Shown here: piece after piece, positions 24,737 to 36,321 of the stretch | How the letters are laid out: the number at the start of each line of letters is the position of its first letter | Numbering within the stretch: position 1 is the stretch's first letter | NCBI GenBank assembly: GCA_026025075.1 | Contig: JAPEUI010000039.1 | Span: 1 to 64,000 of the forward strand | DNA: 64,000 nt | Origin: Vezdaea acicularis | Lineage: Eukaryota | Direction: 5' to 3' | The notes under the pieces: generated by a model | Seen by the model: only the letters and a program-made list of their open reading frames with translations | Told to the model about the DNA's origin: nothing | The model's database searches: none | Position numbers and translations under genes: made by a program

Positions 24737-27700
24737 ATGGAAACCCAAGTGGCAGAGAGCACCGATGGATCGTCCATTGTAAGCCGCTTTAGCAGCAGTT
24801 CTTCATCCACCAATACTAAAATATCAGTTCAGAAGCCAGTTTCTTCTCTAAGATCTCACTTTGAAAACTTGACTACGTCAATACACCATAGAAGTACAAG
24901 TTCATCTCGAGACTCCTCGCCGAAGACGCGTCCACAGGTAGAAGAAAAGGGCAATGACCCTACATCTGTGGGGAGAGCTTCTCTTGATCTACCACGACCC
25001 GAAAAATATGGCGCATTCCCCGAGAGACTTGCCACAGGCACATCTCATACAGTATTCCTATCTTCTGCAACCCCGCTCAAATCTGTTCCATTGACTTCAC
25101 AAGGCTTGCAACAGAGGCCTTCGCCGGCAGATCCCCCTTTACCCAAACGACATATCTCTCCGTCGTTTCTAATAGGATCTCCTCCGGCTCAAGCGGACCA
25201 ATCTACAAATGCTCACCGGCTTATCCCACTACCCATTCAAGGGAGCTCTGCTCCCTTTAAAAGCTCACGAGATAGCCCTATTCAGGTCCCTCGTTCTGCC
25301 AATAAGTCCCCTGTCACACCGCTCAACGAAAGCCTATCTCCATTTCTTCATAAAACTGAATATAAGGCTCGCCCAGACGATTCTGCGGCTCAACCAGCAA
25401 AACAGAAAGAAGGTAGCATAAAGAGGCCTAACCTGCCACCGCTAGTGAACAGGTCTTACAAGCCAAGTACAACAACAAGATCCAAACAACAGGATACCCT
25501 TGCCCCTCATCAGTCCAAAGTGGTTGAAAAGGCGTCACCATTCAGTACACCCCCAAGCAGTGATGAGAGCCAAGCAGATACGTTCCAGCAAGATGACGAC
25601 CCCATTGACCAAAGTAGGAGCCAGCGTGTGAGGGCTCGGAATCCTCCTCCGCAATCATCACTGTCAATGAAGCGTGCACCACCAGCGCCACCTCCATACA
25701 AGATGCACAAGCCAGACCCTTCTCGCAATTCTTTGTACCCGGAAACTGGACCTAACGACCTTCCCGAGCTCCCACCTCGCCATAATCCGGGAAATGTATC
25801 TATACGCCAAAGTCGAAGCGCTTCGCCTTTGAGACGAACGCGGGACCCAGAAAGGTTGAAGTCGAACGGAAACACGACCAAAATACTGCCTCCGCCGAAA
25901 CATGAGCTACCTCATAACACTAAGGCTACCGATCCAAGTAATGCACTAGCTTTAGTGCCTGCATTGGACTCTCCAAGAACATTCAATGGCCTCGGTTCTG
26001 CAAATTACGGAGCAAATCCGCTGGCAACATCAACTCCACATGAGTCAGATCAACGGACAATCTCCGGACCACTTAACTATTCGGAGTATCCAGAATCGAC
26101 CCTTGCAAATAGGAGGAAACCATTGTATAAACGAAAGCCCCACCAATTAGGCACTGGATGCGAGACTAAGGTGCTCGCGGTAGGAGGTGAGCATGTTTGT
26201 ACTGCGGGTCACTTCACTAGAGTATGGAGCTGGAGAACAGGTGAGCTTGTCATGGAGCTAACGCCTGAAATGGGCCCGAGGTACACATCAGCAGCTTTCA
26301 AAGCTGTTGAAAAGCTCTCAGATGAGAGCTCGCTTTTATGGCTCGGAACAGTGTTTGGAGACATTCATGAGTTAGACTTGTCGGCGCAGAAAATCACCGC
26401 CAAGAAACCTGGGGCACACAAACAACGAGAGATTATCCGGCTCTATCGCTATAGTGGACAGATGTGGAGTTTAGATGATGACGGCAAGCTGCTGGTGTGG
26501 GCTGCATATGATGGTGACAATTCATATCTCAAGAGAGGGCCGGTCACGCATCGAATTCCTCGGGGTCATACCTTCTCCCTTATAGCAGGCGGCCAACTAT
26601 GGTATGCCACCGGGAAACTGATAAGCATTTTTGACCCTTCTTCCTCTTCAAACGCCTTTCAGGTATTGGAAAAGCCGATATCTTACCCAGATGCAGGCGA
26701 TGTGACTTCGGGCACTACCTTGGGATCTGATCCGCGCATCATATATTTTGGACACAGCGACGGGAAAGTGACAATCTACTCTAGAGATCAATACAAATGC
26801 ATCGGGGTGGTCAGCCTTAGCCTCTACATGATCAATGCGCTTGCAAGTGTTGGGGATCACCTCTGGGCCGGGTACAATACTGGGATGATATATGTTTACG
26901 ATACAAAACCGACCCCATGGATAGTGAGGAAGGATTGGCGTGCACATGAAAACCCCGTGACAAACATCGTCGTCGACACTCTGAGCATTTGGATGCTTGA
27001 TAGGCTCCAGGTTATATCACTGGGAAATGACGAGGTTCTAAGAGTTTGGGACGGTATACTTCAGGATGACTGGCTTGGTAAGGTGTTCTTCTTACTTCAG
27101 AAACGCAGAGGACTAAGGGCTTCACAGATATGGACATGCACAATCATGACTTTGACTATTGTAGCTTCCGAGAGGTTCAAGCTCTGGTCATGACCTGGAA
27201 CGCGGGCGCCTCTAGACCAAAGAGTCTGATGCAGAATGAAAATGATAGCGCTGCTTTCAGAGATATCCTACAGCGTCATGACCCGCCGGACCTACTTGTT
27301 TTTGGTTTTCAGGAGCTAGTGGACCTCGAGGACACGACTGCGACTGCTAGTAAGTTGGCCTTGACTTTTAGTGAGTTATAGACTGAAATTAGTAGAAAGC
27401 TTCTTTAAGAGTAAAAAAAAGGACTCAACAGAGCAAGATCAGATGAAGCGACAGTATCTAGAGTGGAGAGAATTCCTTACCCGTACAGTAGAAGAGTGCC
27501 TGCCGGCTGGCCAAGGATACGAAAACCTCCATACTGCAAGTTTAGTAGGCTTATTTACGTGCGTGTTTGTGAAAAGTTCAGAGCGAAGAAGAATTAATAA
27601 TCTCGCTGCTTCTGAAGTCAAACGAGGCATGGGGGGGCGGACAGGAAATAAAGTGAGCTAGTCCGTGTGTTTTTGGAATTCACTAATCATCTGAAGGGGG

Positions 27701-28487
27701 CTCTAATTCTAAGATTCGACTTTGATGATAGCTCCATTTGCTTAATCAACTGCCATCTCGCAGCTGGACAGAGGGAGACTGTTCACCGTAACAACGACAT
27801 TGCCGCAATCCTCGAAACGCCTGCATTCTCTGCTTCGCAAGGATCTGACTTCTTAGCCGACAGGTTTGTTGGTGGAGGGGACGGATCTATGGTGCTTGAC
27901 CATGAAATTTGTATCCTGAACGGAGATCTGAATTACCGTATTGATGCAATATCTCGAGAAAATGTCGTAAACGCCGTAAAGGCCAACAACCTCACGAAGC
28001 TGTTAGAGCGAGACCAGTTGCTCCTTGCCCGGAAAAGGAACCCCGGCTTTCGATTAAGAGCATTCAACGAACTCCCTATCACCTTTGCTCCGACATACAA
28101 GTATGACGTGGGGACAGACATATACGATTCCAGCGAGAAGCGTCGTTCTCCGGCGTGGTGCGACCGCTTGCTGTACCGTGGTCTTGGAAGAATACGGCAG
28201 CTTAGCTACGGTCGGCACGAGATACGTTTATCCGATCACAGACCAGTCACAGGAATATTCCTAATCCGAATTAAGACCGTCATACCCGAAAAACGTGAGA
28301 AAGCACGAGATGACTCGGAGATTCGGGCTGGACAAGAAATGAGGCGCGCGTTCGAAAATGCAAAGTAAGTCAGCCATCTCTGTTCTGTAGTTCGTGATCT
28401 GATTTCTGCAGGTATGCCTTCCTTATAAACACGCGGGGTCTTGAAGCGCGTAACGCAAGACAAGAGGCAGGTCAAGGAATTGAATAG
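24737..28487 (+). CDS. WD40-repeat inositol polyphosphate 5-phosphatase
   Basis: Pro/Ser-rich N-terminus, WD40-like middle, 5-phosphatase motifs TWNAGA, GFQELVDL, GDLNYRID, PTYKYD, PAWCDRLL, SDHRPV. Confidence 0.9.
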
Positions 28488-29448
28488 AAGGCTGTCGTCA
28501 ACCTTCGGTCAGTGGTGAGCTTAGCCTAAGAAGGCTGAGCTTAGATGCTCTTCTGCCAAATTCAAGTATAAATCACGGTTTCTAGAAGTACTGGATAGAT
28601 TTATCGATGTCGGGATTGCTCGCATCATTCTGCCTATTGCGAGACCTGCAAGCCCGAGCCCATCTTTCTCCGGAGCCCCCTTTGTCTAGCCCTGACTGTG
28701 ACGTTGTGGATCCTCATTTATCTTGCCTTTGTGTGCTATCTAAAATGTCGCTATCAGCTTCGGTAGGGGTAGGCATCAAAGAATGCCAAAGAAGGAATGG
28801 CATCCTTATTGATATGCTTCCAAGTCAAGGTGATGATCCTCCCGCCCGCCCTATTCTCATCACAAGGTGCGCGTCAACGATATCATCCAAGTGAAGTACG
28901 CTCCTAAGGTACGAATGAGATATCTCGTTCGCAATCCGCCGTGCCAGCGGCCCAAGCGGAGTCAGCATGAAGCCTTCCGATCTGCCAGCACAGGATGTAA
29001 GGCACATGACAGTCGGCTTCTAGTATTGTCATTGTCACGTGCATATCTTTATTAAGGGACGTGCGGTGGAACGGTAAAGTGGCCAAGTTGACACGCGTAA
29101 GGCATTGGCCTACAGTAATTTTGTGAGCTTAGAGTCAACTTTGAGTTTAGCACAAGAGCGGGGCACAGTAGGGCAAGGTTAATGGGCGCTAGTACAGTAC
29201 GCGGTCAGGGAAAGGTTCATGGAAAATGGAAGCCAGGCAGCGCCTGATTAGGGTTCCCCTTTTCAGGCCCCTCTCTAGTACAGCACCCTTTTGGTCAGGC
29301 GACTCCATCTCCTGGTGCTCTTTAGCATATATCAAGCTCATTTTAACTTTGCTAGACCGCTCCACAAGGTTTTGACTGGAGAGATGTGAGCGAGGTGGCA
29401 GCAAAGATTGTTTGGATTTTGGGAACAGGGTAGGGGAGTGGCTGGCGT

Positions 29449-29472
29449 GACATCATTTCCGGAAATGATGTC
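29449..29472. other. Perfect 24-bp palindrome GACATCATTTCCGGAAATGATGTC
   Basis: Self-complementary with no loop; ~80 bp past the FunK1 stop codon. Confidence 0.9.
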
Positions 29473-29992
29473 GCAGCAGTTCTAGGCAGAAATATATCCA
29501 AGCTCCTGACAACGTTACGTAGCAGACTAACATTGACTAGTATTTCCGATGTAATTAATAGTCCTGGCTAGATAAAACTTGCTTTGCACAATCCCGAGCA
29601 GCAGCGTCGAAGGCTTGGATTATTGGCTTGTACATAGGGGTAAAAGAAGTTTCGGAACGCTCGTTTCGCGCCATTGAAGTCGTCGACTTCAATTTGATAT
29701 TACAGCACCACCACACATTGCTATAGAATAGAATTAGACCTATGAATAATTTAGATGCCTATCCTGTTGCTACCAGCGAGTGTGACCTCCTTTTGCTTTT
29801 ATACAAGCCTGCATGCGCTGTGGCATGCTCTCAACTAGCCCTTTCAAACACGAGCAATCCAACCTATGCCACTCCTCTTGAATGATCCTTTGAAGGTCTG
29901 CCGCGTTTTTGGCAACCTCTGGCCGATTATTTATGGCATATTTAAGTTGTAGCCACAGATTTTCGATAGGATTTAGATCTGGTGAGCATGCT

Positions 29993-30336
29993 TGTCAGGA
30001 AACGGGGCGTCCTGGCATCGATACGTCAGGGCACGGGGCGTCCTGTCAGTAAACGGTGTTTATGAAGAAGTTGTTCCATTCATCTAGCTAGGGGATTCAT
30101 CTATATATATAAGGCAAAGGATATCCGGTCGTGGCTGCCTGGACAAGACAGCGCTGCTAGTCGCGGCAGGCGCTGTCCGTCCTAAGGCAGTCGCATGACG
30201 TACAAGCGCTGCTCCTATTAGTAGGCGCCATATGATCGCTCCTTATCCTTGCGTCCAGATGCCACTACCCTTTAGCCCCTATGTCCGGGCGATGCTTCCT
30301 CCTGCCCAGACGCCCCCTACCTCGTGTCCCATAACA
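29993..30336. mobile_element. Solo LTR (family B, 344 bp)
   Basis: TG...CA ends, 5-bp TSD ATGCT on both sides, internal TATA run; interrupts the WPAC codons of the transposase. Confidence 0.85.
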
Positions 30337-30764
30337 ATGCTGGCCAATTGAGCATCGGCACCCTATTCTTTTGAAGCCAGTCTTTCACAAGTTTAGACCT
30401 ATGGCATGGTGCTCCATCATGCATATAATAATATTTCTGATGTTCTTGAGTAAGTTGACGCAACTTAGGCTGTACTGCTGTCTTTAAAACATCTTGCATA
30501 TATTTCTCTCCCTTCATATGGCCCTTCAGCAATATCATAGATTCAAGTTCTTCTCCTCTTATATAGGCCCATATACCTACTGATGTCCGGCCACTTTTAA
30601 ATATTAGTGTTGAACATTCTGCAAGATATTTTTCTTCTGGCCGACGCCATATCCATATAACACTGTTGTCTAGTCCCAATTCAATATTACATTCATCAGT
30701 GAAGAGTACTTTTGCCCAATCTTCAATAGTCCATTGCTCATATGCTCTTGTAAATGCTAGACGT

Positions 30765-31150
30765 TGTAAGACGCCGCAGTAGCCTTCTCGGTGGCCCGCC
30801 AGCAGAGCTATGACGGGCTAAGCAAGATGAGCGCCGCTTAAGGCCTAGCTCAGGGGCAGCGCGGATTGAGCCCATTATCTATATATGCCGATGGCGCTAC
30901 CCCAATGGCTCGTCATCGAATAGTTTCCTACTATATGCTATAGCTAGATCCTACAAGACTTCATTATATCTATATGACCCCATTGTCCATATATTGCCCC
31001 ATTTAATTGGGCGGTTGCCATTATATCTGCAGCATATCATTATATCTAGCTACCATAGCTCGTGTACGCCCCCTTGCCGCAGGCAGAACGCAGACGTCGT
31101 ACGCCTGCCACGCTCTCAGAAAAGGGGCAGAGCTCGTGCCCACCCTTACA
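30765..31150. mobile_element. Solo LTR (family A, 386 bp)
   Basis: TGTAAG...CTTACA ends, perfect TSD GACGT; homologous to 42213-43016. Confidence 0.9.
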
Positions 31151-34100
31151 GACGTACAAGCTTATGTTCCAGTTTTAGAAATGGTTTTCTTCTAGCAATA
31201 CGACGATGATATCCAAATTCTTTTAATGCTGATTTTACAGTGGGTGCACTGCAGTCAAAAACGCGGCATAATTCTCTTATTGATATATGCCGGTCTTGAA
31301 CAGCAATACGGACTAGCCGGCGTCTATCTCTTATTAAAAGGCTTTTGGGCCGGCCACTTTGTGGCCTACGAGCGGTGGGATCATCGGGATTCTCTCTGGC
31401 TCGTGTCACTACTCTTGAAATTTGACCAAGAGAGACATGCTCCTTTTTCACAATAGTTCTATAGGAAACCTTATGTCTGACAAGCGCTAGGACTACCGAG
31501 GCCTTCCGTGGAGTCATATGTCGATAGGCTATCATTTTGTTATAGAATGGCGACTATCTAAAGCTTCAATTCATTCTATCGAAGCTGTTGAGTATACCCC
31601 GCTAACTCGCTACTTGGCCGCTCGCTAACATTTTACTAGTGTTCCGATACTTTTTTTCGCCAACTGTACAACTGTTCTGAATCTCTAAATGTGCCTGTAA
31701 ACAGATCCCCCTCCGAACTTGGAAAGAGTAAGTCTCGCAGCTTCTTGGCAACATCCCAAGCTTGCTCAAATTGAGGTGGAAACTCAGCCTCAAATTCCTG
31801 AAACCGCCTTTTGCCCATTTGCCCTACTTCCAAGTTGCAAGGTCCTACAGGTTCCACTATGCCATTTCTGCAGCAAAGTCGGAACTTCCTCCAGTTTTTG
31901 CCCAGACAGCGGCCACCCGTGAATCATGCAGACCCACAGAACACGTAGAAGGACTCGAGGTCGTGCCGATATGTATGAGGCATTCCTTCAAGCACCTCAA
32001 TGGCTATAAACTCCATCGTGCCAGTCCGGTGTCTGGCGCCACTCCGCTCACTGTCTAACTCTTTTGCAAGATCCAGATCGATCAACATGCCCTTGTAACC
32101 TGTCTTGTCCCGACTGTCGGTGATGATGATGTTATTCTCAGAGATGTCGCGATGGAGGATGTTTCCTTCGTCATAAAGAGACTTGTGCGCCTTGATGGCA
32201 TCGCGGAAAGCTTCCAAAAGTTCCTTCAAAGAGCGAAACTTACGGATCGCCCGGCCTGGCGGTGATATGACAAGGCAGCAGAAGATGCGGTTATCGAAGG
32301 TGTCGTTATTTGTTCCGTATAGGCTAGCTGTCCGTTTGTTGGCTGCACCTAGAGCGCTGATCATGTTTTTGTGGATGGACGCCTGGCTATTCGATCTCGA
32401 CTTTTTGGTGGCATCTCTTTCATCGTCGTTAGCATTCCGTTTCTGTGAAGAACTTGGAGTGCCCCTAAGACTATAGCAACTGTCGATCTTGATGGTTTAG
32501 GAACATCTCTTCCATTGTCGGCATTTCCTTTTTGTGAAGGACTTTGCATGCTCCCGATACTGTTCGATCTTAACCTTTTCGCTTCATCTCTTCTATAGCC
32601 GCTGGCTTTTTGCTTCTTCGTTGAAGAGTCTTGAGTGATCCCAAGCCATGACGATGATCGATTGATTGGCTGAGCATTCGGTTTAGTGATTGGTGAACTG
32701 ATCGTGACTGTGTGAAGGACGATAAGGCACTTCGTGCTTGAACTGTGTGCTTGTGTGGCTTGCCAAAGTGTAATCCGCTGCGCAGGTTGGCGATACTGGT
32801 AATTTGCTCGTGGGCAAAGATTTCAGCGACACCCTCCACTCCCCGCTTCTGGGCCAGCTTGAGCAGCTCTCCTTCTGCTGGTCGCTTGTCCGAGCGCCAT
32901 GACAGCTTGACGACATAATCCTATGTTTCAGCGCCAGCACTTTTGGCCCGGTAGCAGACCGTGCCTCGACAGACTATCGCTCGCTGGTATGCGATCGGCT
33001 CAGGGTCGAGTTGAAGTTTTCTTTCACCTCCACCACTACTCTCTTTAACGGTGATGAATTGGTCATTCTAACGATGCTCAACGAATGTGTCCAGTCCAAG
33101 CTCAACACCGGACATCATGAGATAGCCTGCGATCGCCTGGACGAACCTCTTGGGTTGCTGATGGATGTCAAACTCAGTTGAGCTGTATGGCCCAGACCGG
33201 TCGAACACCCAAAGTTGCATGCGCGTGACACAAATGGTAAAACCGTGAACGAAGCGTCGAGTTGGCTGGCTGGCGAATACTTCTCGCGCATAGCCAGCAA
33301 GCTGTATTAGCAAAGGCTTATTGTCAAAGGGACCTTCCTTAAGCTCCCCTATCACCCACACATCTTTCCAGTTATGTTTAGGCGTTGATGCCTCTGCATT
33401 TCGCTGCCTAACGAGCAAGTCGAGTCTGCCCTTCGCATCAGATCCAGCTAACGACCGATTATACGTTGTGTAGTAGACGCCGCGTTGATCTGGAAAAAAA
33501 TCGGATTGGAAGCGGAAGAGCCAGTCTAGGACGCGTGCTTGTCCTGGTGGGTTTGGAAAGTCGGTCCATTTGCCATCAACGTAGCGTGTCATTGTGGCCT
33601 GGAAGATCTTGTCAGCCTGATCCGCGTTATCTGCTTTATCGAAATATTTCTCAAAGAATCCGGTGACATTCCGATAAGTGCAGGAGACAATTTCTTCAAA
33701 TATGCGAGGGTCAACTAACGCATGTGTCTGCTCGTTCCCTTGCTGTGAGGCTGAAGAATGTTTTATTGGGGTGTCGTGGTAGCCTGAATCAATTCCCTGT
33801 GGAGGAGTTGACGGAGTTGGTGCGATCAAGTCGAAGACAGCCTTCCAGACAGCTTCATCAGAGGCTTTGTTGATGACCAATGTACACAGCGGAACAGTCC
33901 GATCTATATCGAATGCAGCTAATCTGATCTGAGTGAATATAAAAGCAAGGTCATCTGAAAGAGTGGCGTCTGAAAGCTTGGAAGGAAGTTCCATGGCTGC
34001 TTCTTGACCTTGCAGTAAGGCGATAAGTTGACGTGCCAAACCTCTGCCATCTATGTTGGTTAGTAAGAGATATCGATCAGAGCCATTGGGCTAGACAATA

Positions 34101-34322
34101 CCTTTGCTTGAGATAACGCTCTTCGTGCTCTCGGGAGAGTTGGTAAGGCCAAGTTTGTCGCAAGTCGAGCGAAATAACTGTCAAAATGGCTCGAGCGCTC
34201 CATCAACCGGATAGCTTGAGATGACTAGGATCTCTTGAGTAGAGAGTTCGCCCATGTTGGACCGTTCTCCGTGGTTGAATAGGTTGGTTTGAGTGTTATG
34301 GCGATTGAGTCGCGTAGCCTGC

Positions 34323-34452
34323 CACCCTCTAAGCAGCAAAGTTGGGACACCTCCATCGCATTTGTCTAGAAGCGAGGTACCCTCACACACAATTTTGCTG
34401 GGAAGATACCTCGCTAATTTTTTGGTGTCTCAACTATTTTGCTCCGAGGGTG
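34323..34452. mobile_element. MITE with CACCCTC...GAGGGTG ends (130 bp)
   Basis: Imperfect ~29-bp TIRs; interior homologous to MITE 35729-35912; flanks CCTGC / CCTGG. Confidence 0.75.
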
Positions 34453-34461
34453 CCTGGTACT

Positions 34462-35934
34462 CACGCGGTGGACAGAATACATGGCACACCAAAATAAGCG
34501 ATTTAATTTTCTAACTAATAACCGCACATTTTACCTCCCGATTCAATTACATCTCGAAGTCTAGTAGGCATAGTACTAACTCGGTCATTGATGAACGATT
34601 GCAAAACGTTGTTCTAGCACTCTAAAATTAGATCTCTTGTAGTTGTGTCGTCCCAATGCGGAAACTTTTGAAGGTGTTGCTTGGGTGGCAGCCAGCAATT
34701 CTCAATAGGAGACAGGTCAGGGCTTAAGCACAGTTGAAATAGTGCTCTAGACCATTCTGCTCCTTCCAATTCTTGACTATATTCCTACCCCTGTCTAGCC
34801 CATGGCCACTATCACCGTCTTCTTCGAGGACGAAATTGTGTTTTGCCTCGAGCCATGGTTTGACAACTGGCTCAAGTATCTGATCAATGTAAACCTACTG
34901 TGACATCTTACCATTCTGATTCGTAGTGAAATTGTAGAAATGTATATTCGATTTGAAATTGAAACCCACTGCTGCCCAGCAGTGGAACTGCTTCTCGTTC
35001 TTAGGCGCTGGAGTGGCTTTATGTTGAATGCAGTCAGGGCAATATCGCTGGCCCGGTTTTCGAATGATACGTAGCTTATGCTGGGGTGTTTAGCCAAAAT
35101 GTACCTCATCACTGAAACGGACTCGATACCAGCCCTCAGGTTCCAGATATCGCTCAAGCATAGACGTAGCCCATTCAACCCGTTTGGCTGCAGTGCTCCT
35201 ATTGACCCAACCCCGCTGGCATGCAATGCATTTCCGGTAATTCATTGAGCCTAAAACCCGTTTGATTGTCTTGCCTGATGCCTCACATCCTGCCTCGAAT
35301 CCAAGTTGTTGCCAGTCAATCCTCGCCCTTCGAGGCCCTCGTTCTCAAGGATTTGCTCCATTTCTCGTAATTAGTCCGGGGTCATCACCACTTTTCTGCC
35401 TCGATTCTCCGTTTCGTATGGCTTATGGTGATACTGCCGTGGGGATTCATCGTGCTGTAGGGCCCGCCATCCTGCTCGTCTACTCATATGGAAGTGCTGG
35501 AAGACGTCATTCTTATGGTATGGAATGCCTTTGGCGTCAAGGAAGCTGATTGTACCCTGAACATATGCTTTCGTAGGTGTCGGATAAGGCTTATGTGGCT
35601 CATGATGCTCTGCGACGGGCGTATTTGGTCTGGTACTCATAATTGCTAGCTATTGTGTAGTAAAATGGAGCTGCTCGGCGAAATGTTTTGGCTGTGATTT
35701 ATTGTTCGCTTATTTTGATGTGCCATGTCACGCGGTTAGCAAAAAAGTTGGGACACCAAATAATTAGCGAGGTATCTTCCCACCAAATAAGCGTGATAAG
35801 GTACTTTACCTCTTTCGCGTTTGTCTAGAAGCGAAGTACCCTCTCTCACAACTTTGCTTGTAAGATACTTCGCTAATATTTCTGGTGTCCCAACTTTTTT
35901 GCTAACCGCGTGCATGTATTCTGTCCATCGCGTG
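34462..35934 (-). mobile_element. Tc1/IS630-like DNA transposon with CACGCG...CGCGTG ends, decayed transposase (~DD38E)
   Basis: 40-bp TIRs (38/40 after removing the MITE); broken ORF 35640-34515 with NRGRK, VRFSDEVHFG, LEEDGDSGHG, PDLSPIENCW. Confidence 0.88.
35729..35912. mobile_element. MITE (184 bp) inserted in the TIR of the 34462-35934 element
   Basis: Perfect 30-bp TIR CACGCGGTTAGCAAAAAAGTTGGGACACCA; perfect 5-bp TSD CATGT (35724-35728, 35913-35917). Confidence 0.92.
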
Positions 35935-36047
35935 CTGCCCAAACGAATCCTTACACGAAGACTTATGACCCGGGACTCATGTATGTAACTACCTCCTATC
36001 AGACCCGCGCTCCATAGCCAAAATCAGGCTGGGACAGACTATGAGAT

Positions 36048-36071
36048 AATCAATCAATCAATCAATCAATC
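36048..36071. repeat. (AATC)6 microsatellite
   Basis: Direct reading. Confidence 0.9.
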
Positions 36072-36321
36072 TGGGTATTGATTATTGTTCACTGCACCCA
36101 TTTAACTCCTGGTCACTTGATTAAATGCTTCCGGCTCTGTCGCTCTACCTACTTATCGAAGACAAATACCTGATACGAGACATCGACAATAAATATATTC
36201 CAAACGATTTAAATCTCTAGGCTTTGCAAGTAAGGACAGGTTCCAGGTTTACTCAGTTGATTCTCAATGAGTAAACTCCAGATGAGCACAAGGCTGACTC
36301 TTCGATTCAAGCATTTCGATC

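Larger units (their letters stand above)
29633..31666 (-). mobile_element. Tc1-family DNA transposon (DD34E), copy 1, carrying two solo LTRs
   Basis: TA on both sides; imperfect 29-bp TIRs; transposase 31535-29770 with GRPK, FTDE, HDGAPCH, SPDLNPIENLW; removing both LTRs plus one TSD each gives a stop-free 341-aa ORF. Confidence 0.93.
29555..34255 (-). pseudogene. Fungal-specific protein kinase (FunK1/Pkinase_fungal) pseudogene, split by Tc1 insertion
   Basis: IGELK, QPTRRFVHGFT, WVFDRSG, HRDISENNIII, LIDLDLAK, RTGTMEFIAIEVL, HTYRHDLESF; premature stops (34181, 33068) and frameshifts; C-terminal YKPIIQAFDAA...* resumes at 29632-29555. Confidence 0.9.

Noticed and set aside
29164..29283. CACAGTAGGGC Transib-like terminus and two CTAGTACAG direct repeats
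   Set aside because: No matching inverted partner found in the window and no TIRs between the direct repeats.
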